DNA of 63,772 nt, counting the filler, from Octopus bimaculoides (taxonomy: Eukaryota): NCBI RefSeq assembly GCF_001194135.2. It is 6 parts of 6 records of this genome, joined end to end, with 100 filler letters (N's around TTAATTAATTAA, not from the genome) between each part and the next. Parts side by side here need not be neighbours in the genome. Positions count along the whole stretch, not along the records: positions 22,340 to 38,122 come from NC_068988.1; positions 38,223 to 50,571 come from NC_068985.1; 4 more parts are not named here. The stretch is one strand, 5' to 3'. Below, in pieces: positions 28,050 to 40,619 of this stretch. Every line of letters starts with the position of its first letter. Within the stretch, counting starts at the first letter, position 1. The notes below the pieces were generated by a model. That model made no database searches. It was given only the letters and a program-made list of their open reading frames with translations, and was not told the origin of the DNA. The position numbers were made by a program, and so were the translations under genes.

Positions 28050-28944
28050 ATTGTTACATTGTCACAAGTTACTGTTTATAATATAACTCTCGTTACATCC
28101 TGTTACATCTTATTAATCTTGTTAAACCAGTTGCAACCTATTAATCCTGTTACATTCGATAACGTCTGTTATATCTTGTTACATTCTTTTACATCATTAT
28201 TTCCTATTTCTAAAAATACACTTATAATATATTTTTTATGCAATGCAGTAACACTAACACTAATACTACATTTTTCACGTAAAACTCAGTGTTACATACC
28301 ACTATCGTTTATTGCATCACATATGCAGCATCACAATGTACTTATTTAATAAAGCCATGCAGTTCAATTTCACTGCTCAAAGTCACAATAATAATGCTGT
28401 GTTTCAAATGTTCAACTCTGTATTACAATTTTTTTTTTTTGTCACAACTGTCTCTGTAACAGACTTTTTGCTTTGCAAGCTGTTAATATTACTATAAGCG
28501 CAATACATGGCAGATCACTAAAATATCTGTGAAAATACTTTACAGTGTATAATTGCCTCTTTTTACGCTCTTAGTCTGTAAACTTTGCTTTTTATTTATC
28601 AGAGACTGATAATTATGAGTGCTATGTACTAGTGTCCATATACTCGACTATATTCCTACCCCAATTTATGGCCTTGTGCCTATACTACAAACCATTGAAA
28701 AAATGAAAGCGATTTTTATACAATCTGAGATTCTATAAAATTCTTTGCTATAGTTCCTGTCACAAAAAGTTGTGTCACACCCTGCTTTTCCACGCTATAA
28801 TTGTTATGCAAACCACTATGTTCCGCCGTTGCAACATCGTTCTATGTTACATAATGTTATTGTTACTCGTATGAATATTTATCGTGATAATACCTTTCTC
28901 CTTTTCTTTTCTTTTCTTTTCGTTTTCAAGCTATCCATCCATAC

Positions 28945-28993
<49 letters not shown>

Positions 28994-29284
28994 NNNNNNN
29001 NNNNNNNNNNNNNNNNNNNNNNNNNNNNNNNNNNNNNNNNNNNNNNNNNNNNNNNNNNNNNNNNNNNNNNNNNNNNNNNNNNNNNNNNNNNNNNNNNNNN
29101 NNNNNNNNNNNNNNNNNNNNNNNNNNNNNNNNNNNNNNNNNNNNNNNNNNNNNNNNNNNNNNNNNNNNNNNNNNNNNNNNNNNNNNNNNNNNNNNNNNNN
29201 NNNNNNNNNNNNNNNNNNNNNNNNNNNNNNNNNNNNNNNNNNNNNNNNNNNNNNNNNNNNNNNNNNNNNNNNNNNNNNNNNNNN

Positions 29285-29319
<35 letters not shown>

Positions 29320-30620
29320 AACCATATATACATAAACCATATACATATATTTCAAACAATCAAACTCAAACTGATGTTACGGTTTTTGGAACATTAAGTA
29401 CTGTTTCGTTACAATGTTGCTATTTGCGTGAGACATTCTTCTCTGATATGCTATAATTACCATTCATAAAACTAAAACCACGTTTATACAAACATGTTAC
29501 AATGATACAAATATATGTTTGTAACGTAAAATTCAATGTTAGTTACTTTTAAATAACTCGTGTTACTAAAATCGTTTATATATGTTATTTTTATTATCAC
29601 ATCAAATACATTACTTCGTCAAACAATCTAAATTATATGCTTATCACCCGTTAATAACTGTAAATGTTATGTTACATACGTTACATGCTGTTGAGTCACA
29701 GGCTATTATTCATGATGCAACTTTTAAACATATAGTTATTCAAACATTCCAAATTTTACAGTTACAGCTGCGTGTGTTAACTGAAATTTTTATATTACAT
29801 TTATTACAATCTACTGTGACACAGTCTGCCATTTTCTTTTTAGGCTTCTTTGCTGATAAACACTTTAAGCCACAGCGCTAAAAACAATAAATAACATTCA
29901 AATGTTACCACTTTTATCCTTTAAATTATACACAATAAAAATATATATCACAGACATCTGTGTCACAGTACAATTTTTTTCATTAATTTCTTCAAATTAT
30001 CATTGTTACAACTAAATATATTATGAAAAAAGCGAAATACCACTGACACTTCAGCGTTTATAACAAAAGTTGTCTTGATATTAAGTTACTTAATGTTTAT
30101 TTACTTTAATATTACGCGTGCCACAAGCTGTTGTGCCACATTTCTGTTATCATTTTATAAAACATTGTTATTGCAACAACTACAGCCACTCCTATTGAAA
30201 CAATTTTAAGTCACACTGATACACTTGCGTTTGTAACAGATATCTCTGAATGAGAGAACAAAATAAATGTCTTCTCTCAAGATTTTTCATATTTTATATG
30301 ATTAACACCTTCTTATACACAAACATTTTAAACTACACTATTACCACACTGTTGGGTAATACTGTGTGTTAAATTACCTCATTTGTAACACTGCATGTAA
30401 AATATACCTCTGTCTTTTTACTATTGTCAAACAACTTTACCGTCTATTATGTTACGCACAATGTAATGTTACGAATGAAATATTACGTCACAATATATAT
30501 AACAATAAATTTAGTGTTGTTACAACATATTACAACAAATGTAACATTATTATTGAAAGAGTATATTGCATAATGCAACAACACAAGGAACAAGCGCTGA
30601 CATTCAATCAACGTAAGCTA
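28050..30620. other. AT-rich tract densely populated with GTTAC/GTAAC/GTCAC motifs
   Basis: Examples at 28053 (GTTACATTGTCACAAGTTACT), 28092, 28102, 29671 (GTTACATACGTTACATG) and 30451. There are dozens by eye, with no fixed period. Confidence 0.6.
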
Positions 30621-31587
30621 TCCTGATTCAGTTGTGTTTGTAAATTAAATTTGCAATGTTGCCTTGTTAATACTCATGCTATACGATGAGTTATAACTAG
30701 GTCACCATTTTCCCTTACAGACTATCGTTTGGTGGTACATTCTCAGTGAACCGAGATTACAGTTAGAACTCATTTCCATCTCGCTTCACATATACCATCC
30801 CACTTCCAAATCTTTTTAAATTTGAGCCCTTCATATATGAGGTTAATATTTTTAATAAATATATGCTGATTTGCGGTGACAAGTTTCCATGAACTGCGTC
30901 TGTAACCTAGTTTCCATCCCCAACAGGAAACGCTTCACCTCTTTTTTTCTTTAAGTCGCTTATTCCTTATACCATTTGGGAATTGCATAAATTGAACAAC
31001 TTCCTTATTATCTCCCTCCCACCTCTAAAACAAAAGCCCAGGTTTAATGCCTCTGTGGATGACAATCGCTTCCATAAGAAATATCAAGTGACATTGAACA
31101 AGATTTAAGCAGTTGGCAAGTCAAGACTGCAATGCTAGTTCGATTTTCGGCTGGATTTATTTCCCTCATGCACACTACTAAAGAGGAAACATAAATATAT
31201 CAAGATTTGTAGTTTGCAATAAAAGAAATATCAATTTATTCTAATGTAACTAGTCTCACGGAACAAATGTCCTCCCAGCGAGCCAACTCATGGAGACCCA
31301 ATTTCAATTTACTGAATGTGGAAGAAAAATGGTTGGGAATACTGGGAGAGCTGGACAATCATCTGAAAGCGAGAGGTGAACGGATCATGCGTTGTTACTG
31401 ATCATGTGATGAGCATTTTAAGATATTGAGACTAACACAGCGGAATCACAGGACGAGGTTATCCTACATTCTGTATGAGTGTTTCGTGAGGTTATTGGGA
31501 ATTAAAGAGACTTGTTACTAAATTTTTTTAACATTAATCTGTTAATATGATAAGCAGAAATTGTTGATGGGGTTGTTGATGATGGTG

Positions 31588-31687
<100 letters not shown>

Positions 31688-31891
31688 CAATAATGAATTT
31701 TAAAATTCAAAAATTATCTGGGGCGGGGGGCCTTTGGTAAGTACAATTCAGAAGATTGCACTCAGAGGAGGAACCTATAATCCGTGTGAAATATATATAT
31801 ATATTAAGTAAAAAGAAAAGCTTATAATCAAATCCACATTCGAACATCTAAACTGCAGTGGTAGAATAGAGAACAGTAGTCTTAACAGAAT

Positions 31892-31970
<79 letters not shown>

Positions 31971-33259
31971 AACAACTCTGATGGTGGTGTTTGGATATGC
32001 ATGAATGCTTTAACTTTGAATTATATACCTACCTCCCTTCCCCACTTTCCTCTGTGCCTAGATAAAACAGACCGATATTATTTTAAAATTATGAACAGCT
32101 CTGTAGAGCATGAATAAGAGAACAACTGCCAACGAGCTGAGTCTGTAAAACGGGTTTTTATTTCAGTTCAAAGCCATTGAAATTTCAGTTACAGTGCTAA
32201 AGACATTAAGGGAATCGTATGAACGACACAACTTCCCAATCGTATGAACGACATAACTACACACATTTCCTTTATAATAAAGAGCTATTTTCAGCCTATT
32301 CAAGAAGTTAAACAGATATTTTACGTACACCAGTTTTCCTCAGTATATTCCATATTTTAAATTATTGCTTTCGCATCTAACTATAATTTTAAAACAAAAT
32401 TTAAACTATTTTAACAAAGTAAAAATTTTTATACTTCACTCAAAAATGTTAATAAATCTATAATTAATATTATTCATAATTATTTATATAAATACACATA
32501 TAAGTATAAATATAATAAAAAGTATATATATATACACATACATATTATATATACATCTATATGTATATATATTTATGTGTATAGGTATATTTGTATATAT
32601 ATACATATATATGTGTTCTGTATATATTTATAAATATATGTATATATACACTTATATACGTATGTATATACATACTCATATTCTTATATATGCATATAGA
32701 TTTATATATATATGTATATATATATATATAATATATATATATATATATANNNNNNNNNNNNNNNNNNNNNNNNNNNNNNNNNNNNNNNNNNNNNNNNNNN
32801 NNNNNNNNNNNNNNNNNNNNNNNNNNNNNNNNNNNNNNNNNNNNNNNNNNNNNNNNNNNNNNNNNNNNNNNNNNNNNNNNNNNNNNNNNNNNNNNNNNNN
32901 NNNNNNNNNNNNNNNNNNNNNNNNNNNNNNNNNNNNNNNNNNNNNNNNNNNNNNNNNNNNNNNNNNNNNNNNNNNNNNNNNNNNNNNNNNNNNNNNNNNN
33001 NNNNNNNNNNNNNNNNNNNNNNNNNNNNNNNNNNNNNNNNNNNNNNNNNNNNNNNNNNNNNNNNNNNNNNNNNNNNNNNNNNNNNNNNNNNNNNNNNNNN
33101 NNNNNNNNNNNNNNNNNNNNNNNNNNNNNNNNNNNNNNNNNNNNNNNNNNNNNNNNNNNNNNNNNNNNNNNNNNNNNNNNNNNNNNNNNNNNNNNNNNNN
33201 NNNNNNNNNNNNNNNNNNNNNNNNNNNNNNNNNNNNNNNNNNNNNNNNNNNNNNNNNNN

Positions 33260-33579
33260 AGATTAATGAAATGACGACACAGAGGACAGGGAAAAAGGAA
33301 TAAGATGAAGCAAGAGAAGAAAAAAAGAAACATAAAGTTTACATTTCAACTTCCTGATCATGTAGAAGTAAGTCCGTAAGTCCTTAGGTGCAATCTTGTG
33401 TAAATCTATGGAGGTTCGGACTTTAGGACTTTAACCTACATGGATTTACACAGGATTGAACCTAACGACTTCTACATGATCGGAAAGTTGAACTGCGAAC
33501 TTTTATGCTTCTTTTTTCTTTTTTTCTTCATCTCCTTTTTCCCTTTCTCCCGTCCTCTGTGTCGTCATTTCATTAATCT
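33260..33579. repeat. ~320-bp imperfect inverted repeat (foldback), probably an inverted duplication of a Penelope-like element end
   Basis: AGATTAATGAAATGACGACACAGAGGAC... (33260) mirrors ...GTCCTCTGTGTCGTCATTTCATTAATCT (33579). The inner stem CAATCTTGTGTAAATCTATGGAGGTT / AACCTACATGGATTTACACAGGATTG closes a 16-nt loop. The left arm runs into a gap. Confidence 0.9.
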
Positions 33580-33600
33580 ATACCCTTCTCATTTTCCTAT

Positions 33601-33660
33601 TTGTGTCCGATGACGGAATATCCCATACCCTGGGATATCCCAGAAACAGCTGTAAGACTT
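33601..33660 (+). ncRNA. Degenerate minimal type I hammerhead ribozyme motif (Penelope-like)
   Basis: GTGT-CCGATGA-[CGGAATATCCCA TACCC TGGGATATCCCA]-GAA-ACAGCTGT-A-AGAC: a core with U4>C, a stem II, a palindromic stem III and a GUA cleavage triplet. Stem I has a mismatch. Confidence 0.6.
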
Positions 33661-34835
33661 TAAATTTTTCCAATAATAATAACGTTTGTGACTTGAGATG
33701 TTTGTCTTGCCTTAACGTTTGTTGTCCTCTTTAACAATTATATATCCGCTATATCGGAAATCTACAAGGACTCCATAACTACCGTCTCGGCTATTAACCA
33801 TGGAGCCCCGGTAATCCATTACAGTACTTACGTAGCGTACCTAGTCGTTTAGATTACCTGTGAACTAAACCCCCATATTTTGCGTATATATATATATATA
33901 TATATACATAGGCATATACATATATTCTGTGTCCAGTTTGTCTGGAAAAGTGTTGATTTTTGAAAGACACAAAAAACTGATGCGTTCTGCTTCATATAGC
34001 TAGCCTGAGAGTGTTCACAAGGTAATATGGCACACAATCATCGTTGGTAGGAGTTTTCAAAAAATTTCCCCATCTTTATTCAAAACTACCTTTGATACTT
34101 AGGCAACTCAATATTCATTATGGGCAAAATTTATACGTATAAAAAGCACAACTTCTAGAATTAATAACGCAATATGGCGTTTAATAATACTGATATTGAT
34201 ATAAATAATAAAATTAATTATAAAACACGCATGGAAAATTAGTGATACACAAATATTTCGTACACGAAAATATTTGTGTTTTTAGCAAAAAACACAAAGG
34301 TATATTATATATTCTTATTGCTAAATAGTGTGTAGATATATATACATATATAGAGAGAGACACAGAGGGAGAGAGACAGAGAGAGAGAGACACAGAGAGA
34401 GAGACACAGAGAGAGAGACACAGAGAGAGAGACAGAGAGAGAGAGAAGTAGGTAGGAAGAGAGAGAAAAAGAAAGAGGGAGAGAGAGAGATGGGAAAAAT
34501 AGTCCACAAATGATAACACGATGAAAAACAGTCAAGTTTTGCATACCTTAAAGCATATACATATGCATATAGTTTTACTGTGCATTTAGGGGGGGGGTGT
34601 TTATGCACGTCTTTCTTTGTGTGTGTTTTGTGCGTGAAAATGAGCGCGCAATGATGTGTGTGTGAGTATATATGTGTATATGTATATACGCACACACATA
34701 TTATGTGTGTGTGTGCATGTGTGCAAATATAATATTTATAAATATATACATGAACATATAATATGCATATCACATTGAAATATTATATATGTATAAACAC
34801 CAGTATGTATAAATGTATACATATAAATATATGTG

Positions 34836-34876
<41 letters not shown>

Positions 34877-35116
34877 GCACGCACACACACATTCAATACT
34901 ATTCTTAATATTGAATGATACTTTCGTTTGTTTACTCATTCATATACTTGTGTATGTGCGTGTGTATGTGTGTGTATATACTACTGTTTATTATATAACG
35001 CTTTTATGTGCGATATTCCCCATTCATATTATGTGAATAATACAATATTTTTAACCTACTACCGGTTACTCGTAATCTGTTTTCTGGTTCCAACTCGTTA
35101 TTATTATTATTATTAC

Positions 35117-35188
<72 letters not shown>

Positions 35189-35208
35189 TAAACAATATTT
35201 TCATTCGG

Positions 35209-35435
35209 TTGTGGATGGCAGAATCGGTAGAGTGTTATATAAAATATGCATGTGGTGTATATTTATGCCTCTCTACCATATGCTCTGCGTTCAAATACCT
35301 CCCCTCAATTCGACTTTGCTTTTCATACTACCGAGAACGATAAATTATATAACACACACTGAAAACAATTTTATCAGCTATAGCCCTCCCCAAACTTGAG
35401 GCGTTGTGCCAGTTAGAATTCATTATTATTGCATT
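35209..35435 (+). mobile_element. Old SINE family A copy
   Basis: GGATGGCAGAATCGGTAG..GTTCAAAT..TCGACTTTGCTTTTCAT..CGATAAATTA..TTGTGCCAGTTAGAA followed by an (ATT) tail. Confidence 0.5.
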
Positions 35436-35744
35436 ATTATAATAATTTTTTTTTTATTCTTATGATTATTGTTAAGATTATTATTATTTTTATTATTAAT
35501 ATCTAAATTATTATCTATATTATAACATATGAAAAATAAATAAATGAAAGTAAAATATTTTGTTTCAAGTTGTTTTATTTCAGCATTTCTGATAATACAA
35601 TATCTTTTAAATCTTTTTCTTATTCAAATTAATTTGATTATTTTTTCTGATATGGTAAAAGATTTTTTCGCTCATTAAATCATTAAAACTATTTTCATTA
35701 TGTCAAAACATAGATTATAGAAAATATATTGAAATTTATTTGTT

Positions 35745-36065
35745 TGTTTCAGGCATTAGACTGAGGCCATGCTAGAGCACCACCATGTAGAAATTTAAGT
35801 CGAATGAATCGACGCTGGTACTTATTCCATCGATCTCTTTGCCGAGCCTGTAAGTTACGGGGACATAAATACACCAATACCGGTTGTCAAGCAGTAGTGG
35901 AAGACAAACACACACACACGCACACATATACATATACGACGGACTTCTTTCAGTTTCCGACTACCAAATCTATTCACAAGTTTCCTAAGGTGCCACGCAG
36001 CAGGATTGAACCCAGAACCATGTGGTTGGGAAGCAAGCTTCTTACCACACAGCTACGCCTACACC
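35745..36065 (-). mobile_element. SINE family B, near full length with deletions
   Basis: TTGTTTCAG..GGCCATGCTAGAGCACC..CGGTTGTCAAGC..ACGACGGACTTCTTTCAG..GAACCCAGAACCATGTGGTTGG..CTTACCACACAGC. Confidence 0.8.
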
Positions 36066-36274
36066 TATTCATACCACAAAACCCTGAATATTTAATGAAC
36101 AAAAATAACTTGAGCAATAAATAAATAAAGAGATAGGTTAATATAAATTTTAACGAACATTTATATAAATTGTTGTATCATGAGGTCAACAACTATGGTA
36201 AGACTTTCTGTATAAGTCAAATCAAAAATGAGTAATGCAGGAAGGTATATTATAGTGCGTTCTAACTATCTAGC

Positions 36275-36425
36275 GTTGCTCCAGTCCACTCAGCTGGTAA
36301 AAATGAGTTGTACATGAGAACTACGCTAAGGGTACGCGTGTCTGCGAAGTGGTCAGCCACTTGCACGTTAACTTCATGAGCAGGCTGTTCTGTTGATCGG
36401 ATCAACTGGAACATTCATTGTTGCA
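36275..36425 (+). mobile_element. Partial, internally deleted copy of SINE family C
   Basis: GAGAACTACGCTAAGGGTACGCGTG...CACTTGCACGTTAA...GCAGGCTGTTCTGTTGATCGGATCAACTGGAAC matches the reverse complement of 2280-2380. Confidence 0.7.
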
Positions 36426-36594
36426 ATTGGCAGAGTGCTAGTTATTATTAGAAGTACTGTAAAATTTTTAAAGAATTACAAGGATTCTAAACAGCAATGC
36501 AGCACACACTCTAATGTACTAAAGTGGCATTCACACAACATGTGTGTAAGTTTAGCCACACGTGCGTACATAAATCCATACACACACATACACG

Positions 36595-36627
<33 letters not shown>

Positions 36628-36991
36628 CGATTCAGATAACCAAATAACCACAGAGCTCAAGAGTTCTCTTCACATAAAGAAAAGAGCTTTTTTGTTAGTG
36701 ACTGGCTTGTAAAAAGGTAAAATGATTCCATGCATTGAAAAATGTTATTCATTTTTGCGCTAGATGCTGTCGAAATTGCTGGTGTCTTCTGTGCACAGAC
36801 GGCCATTTTCCTACGTTGAATCGGAGTACAAGCACCTTGCATGACGAAAGAATCACGTGAGATTAGAGTGGCTGATGCAACAGATATTGTTGGTTGTTCT
36901 TCGAGGTCTTTTACTATCCTTATCACCAGATGTAGGTGAAACAAATTATTCAAATGAAAATATAGAAGCCGTATTTATACCGAGAGTTAGG

Positions 36992-37044
<53 letters not shown>

Positions 37045-37045
<1 letters not shown>

Positions 37046-37160
37046 TTATTCTTAAACAAGAATGTTGTTGACAGGGAATTCGACTATCGGCCATCTCCGA
37101 CGATGGCTTAGCTGACCGAAACTTCGATTCCTGTCAGCAACATTCTTGTTTAAGAATAAT
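37045..37160. repeat. 116-bp element with 34/35-bp inverted arms around a 47-bp spacer
   Basis: ATTATTCTTAAACAAGAATGTTGTTGACAGGGAAT (37045-37079) versus ATTCCTGTCAGCAACATTCTTGTTTAAGAATAAT (37127-37160): one substitution and one indel. Sits directly after (GATA)n. Confidence 0.85.
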
Positions 37161-38222
37161 AAATTTGTAGTCTACAAAACTATGGAGTAATTCATCAGTT
37201 NNNNNNNNNNNNNNNNNNNNNNNNNNNNNNNNNNNNNNNNNNNNNNNNNNNNNNNNNNNNNNNNNNNNNNNNNNNNNNNNNNNNNNNNNNNNNNNNNNNN
37301 NNNNNNNNNNNNNNNNNNNNNNNNNNNNNNNNNNNNNNNNNNNNNNNNNNNNNNNNNNNNNNNNNNNNNNNNNNNNNNNNNNNNNNNNNNNNNNNNNNNN
37401 NNNNNNNNNNNNNNNNNNNATATATATATACATATATATATTAGGTTTTTGCAAACGATTTGACAATATATATATACAAACACACACATATATACGTATG
37501 AGAGAATGTATGCAAATGTGTGTGTATGTGTGCGTGTGTGCGTATGTGCGCTCGCGTGCGCGTTTCTATTAGTGTTGTGAGGTTATCTACGTCAGCTGAC
37601 AAAAGTGTTTGCATCATTACTTTAACGGTGTCAAATCTATAATTTTAATTATTTTAATGGATATATATTAATATCAACATTTTTAAGAATTCAATTGTCG
37701 ATTATCTATGATAGATAACTCATACTTAAATGAAAAACATTTAAAACGCCATAAGCAGGCGAGCATGGACACACATACAAACAAACGCAGACAAGCTAAC
37801 GCACGCGCACGCGCGAGCGCTCACACACTTACACACCCACACACTTCCACTGATGCATGCAATATTTTAATTAATTATTAACGTTGCAATTATTCTTCTT
37901 TAATTAATTAAACATCGCAATTATACTTCATTCCGTCCAACAGAATCATATTTATGTTGCAATGCATCTATGTACGCATATTATACTTATAAAATGTTAC
38001 ATATAGACATACTATCATACACACACACATACACACGCGCGCACACACACACATGCACGCATGCACACTCACAGAGGCACACAGTCATATATATATGTAT
38101 TATTATATATATATATATATATNNNNNNNNNNNNNNNNNNNNNNNNNNNNNNNNNNNNNNNNNNNNTTAATTAATTAANNNNNNNNNNNNNNNNNNNNNN
38201 NNNNNNNNNNNNNNNNNNNNNN

Positions 38223-39740
38223 CGAAAACGAATGGGAGGTGCGTCCATTCGTTTCGCGTGAACGTACGTCCGACCTTGGCGAAAACAAACGGTACGTGCG
38301 TCCGTTCGTTTCGCTTGAATGTCCGTCCGTCCTTGGCGAAAACGAACGGTACGTGCTTCCGTTCGTTTCATGTGAACGTACGTCCGTCCTTGCCGAAAAC
38401 GAAGGGCACTTGTGTCCGTTCGTTTCGCGTGAACGTACGTCCGTCCTTGGCGAAAACGAACGGTACGTGCGTCCGTTCGTTTCGCGTGAACGTACGTCCG
38501 TCCTTGGTGAAAACGAACGGTACGTGCGTCCGTTCGTTTCGCGTCAACGTCCGTCCGTCCTTGTTGAAAACGAATGGTAGTTCTTCCGTTCGTTATGCGT
38601 GAACGTACGTCCGTCCTTGGCGAAAACGAACGGTATGTGCGTCCGTTCGTTTAGCTTGAACGTACGCCCGTCCTTGGCGAAAACGAACGGTATGTGCGTC
38701 CGTTTGTTTCGCTTGAACGTACGTCCGTCCTTGGCGAAAACGAACGGTACGTGCGTCCGTATGTTTCGCGTGAACGTACGTCCGTCCTTGGCGAAAACGA
38801 ACGGTACGTGCTTCCGTTCGTTTCGCGTGAACGTAAGTCCGTCCTTGTCGAAAACGAATGGGAGGTGCGTCCATTCGTTTCGCGTGAACGTACGTCCGAC
38901 CTTGGCGAAAACAAACGGTACGTGCGTCCGTTCGTTTCGCTTGAATGTCCGTCCGTCCTTGGCGAAAACGAACGGTACGTGCTTCCGTTCGTTTCGCGTG
39001 AACGTAAGTCCGTCCTTGTCGAAAACGAATNNNNNNNNNNNNNNNNNNNNNNNNNNNNNNNNNNNNNNNNNNNNNNNNNNNNNNNNNNNNNNNNNNNNNN
39101 NNNNNNNNNNNNNNNNNNNNNNNNNNNNNNNNNNNNNNNNNNNNNNNNNNNNNNNNNNNNNNNNNNNNNNNNNNNNNNNNNNNNNNNNNNNNNNNNNNNN
39201 NNNNNNNNNNNNNNNNNNNNNNNNNNNNNNNNNNNNNNNNNNNNNNNNNNNNNNNNNNNNNNNNNNNNNNNNNNNNNNNNNNNNNNNNNNNNNNNNNNNN
39301 NNNNNNNNNNNNNNNNNNNNNNNNNNNNNNNNNNNNNNNNNNNNNNNNNNNNNNNNNNNNNNNNNNNNNNNNNNNNNNNNNNNNNNNNNNNNNNNNNNNN
39401 NNNNNNNNNNNNNNNNNNNNNNNNNNNNNNNNNNNNNNNNNNNNNNNNNNNNNNNNNNNNNNNNNNNNNNNNNNNNNNNNNNNNNNNNNNNNNNNNNNNN
39501 NNNNNNNNNNNNNNNNNNNNNNNNNNNGAAAACGAACGGTACGTGCGTCCGTATGTTTCGCGTGAACGTACGTCCGTCCTTGGCGAAAACGAACGGTACG
39601 TGCGTCAGTTCGTTTCGCTTGAATGTCAGTCCTTGGCGAAAACGAACGGTACGTGCGTCCGTTCGTTTCACGTCAACGTAGGTCCGTCCTTGGCGAAAAC
39701 GAACGGTATGTGCGTCCGTTCGTTTCGCGTGAACGTACGT
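38223..39740. repeat. CpG-rich 57-bp tandem satellite (interrupted by a gap) with an internal hairpin and a 3-monomer higher-order repeat
   Basis: Consensus GAAAACGAACGGTACGTGCGTCCGTTCGTTTCGCGTGAACGTACGTCCGTCCTTGGC. Monomer starts at 38452, 38509, 38793, 38850, 38907, 38964 and 39021 show a 57-bp period. Confidence 0.95.
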
Positions 39741-40619
39741 CCAGAAAGAAGCAGAAGACACTGGGACTGGTTTTTCATTCTCTTATTTCAAAACTGGCCA
39801 TATTTTTAAAATACAAAACATATTCAAGCCAGTTGTTAGCTGGGATAACGTTTTCAGAATAGTCAACAGTTATAAAGTAAGCAAATGCATATTTGTGATG
39901 GCAAAGTTCTATAAAGAGCATACATACTGTGAACTTCTTTTTACAGTTCATTGACCATGTTTAATGAAAAGTGATCTTGACCCATGTGACCTCACAATCA
40001 AAAAATTAAGGGAACATTCAAAATATCAATTTTCATAAGAGACAGTTAAAGTTTCAACGAAACATGTCACATCTAGTTTACAATGATAGCCATAATATAT
40101 TAAGCAAAGCGCAGGCATATCCGCAGATATTGAGGTGTATTATGTCAAGAGCCAGAAAAATATGTTGTTTCTAAACATCTAATTGTATAACGGACATTTC
40201 TGTCATTGTCAGGACATTTGAAACTGGTTAGGCTGAAAATACTGAAAGTTGATCAAGTTTGATACCTTTTTTTTTTTAACTAAGGAAACTTAAATCATGA
40301 ATTTTGTTTTCACTTTTGTAGTTGTATTTGCTTTAAATGGCATTGAAAAACTATATTTTCAAAGTTATGTCAAGCTCTGTACAGGGGTTCGCATTTGATG
40401 AAGTCAAATCTATCCTTAGAAATGGTGACACTACCAGAAATGTTGAACAATGGACATTTCAGTTTGTGAAAAATCTTGATGTATTAGAGCAAAATGGATT
40501 TCATTTTTGAAATCAGCACCCCCAAGTTACTAGGAAACATGTCTCCAACATCAGACAACAAAAACCCTGTTCCCCAGTGTAATAATAAACATAAGGCTTG
40601 AAAAGAGGCAAAAATCAAA

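Noticed and set aside
36657-36953. 98-aa ORF with ordinary composition (also 57805-58122 and 60227-60424)
   Set aside because: No motif, no splice support, and a length compatible with chance.
38223-39740. CRISPR-like array of palindromic repeats
   Set aside because: The monomers are contiguous with no unique spacers, there are no cas genes, and the context is eukaryotic.
38171-39862. Several long ORFs with 19-aa repeats (e.g. RPFVSRERTSVLGENERYV)
   Set aside because: A by-product of a 57-bp (3n) satellite that is open in multiple frames on both strands; the ORFs also run through Ns.
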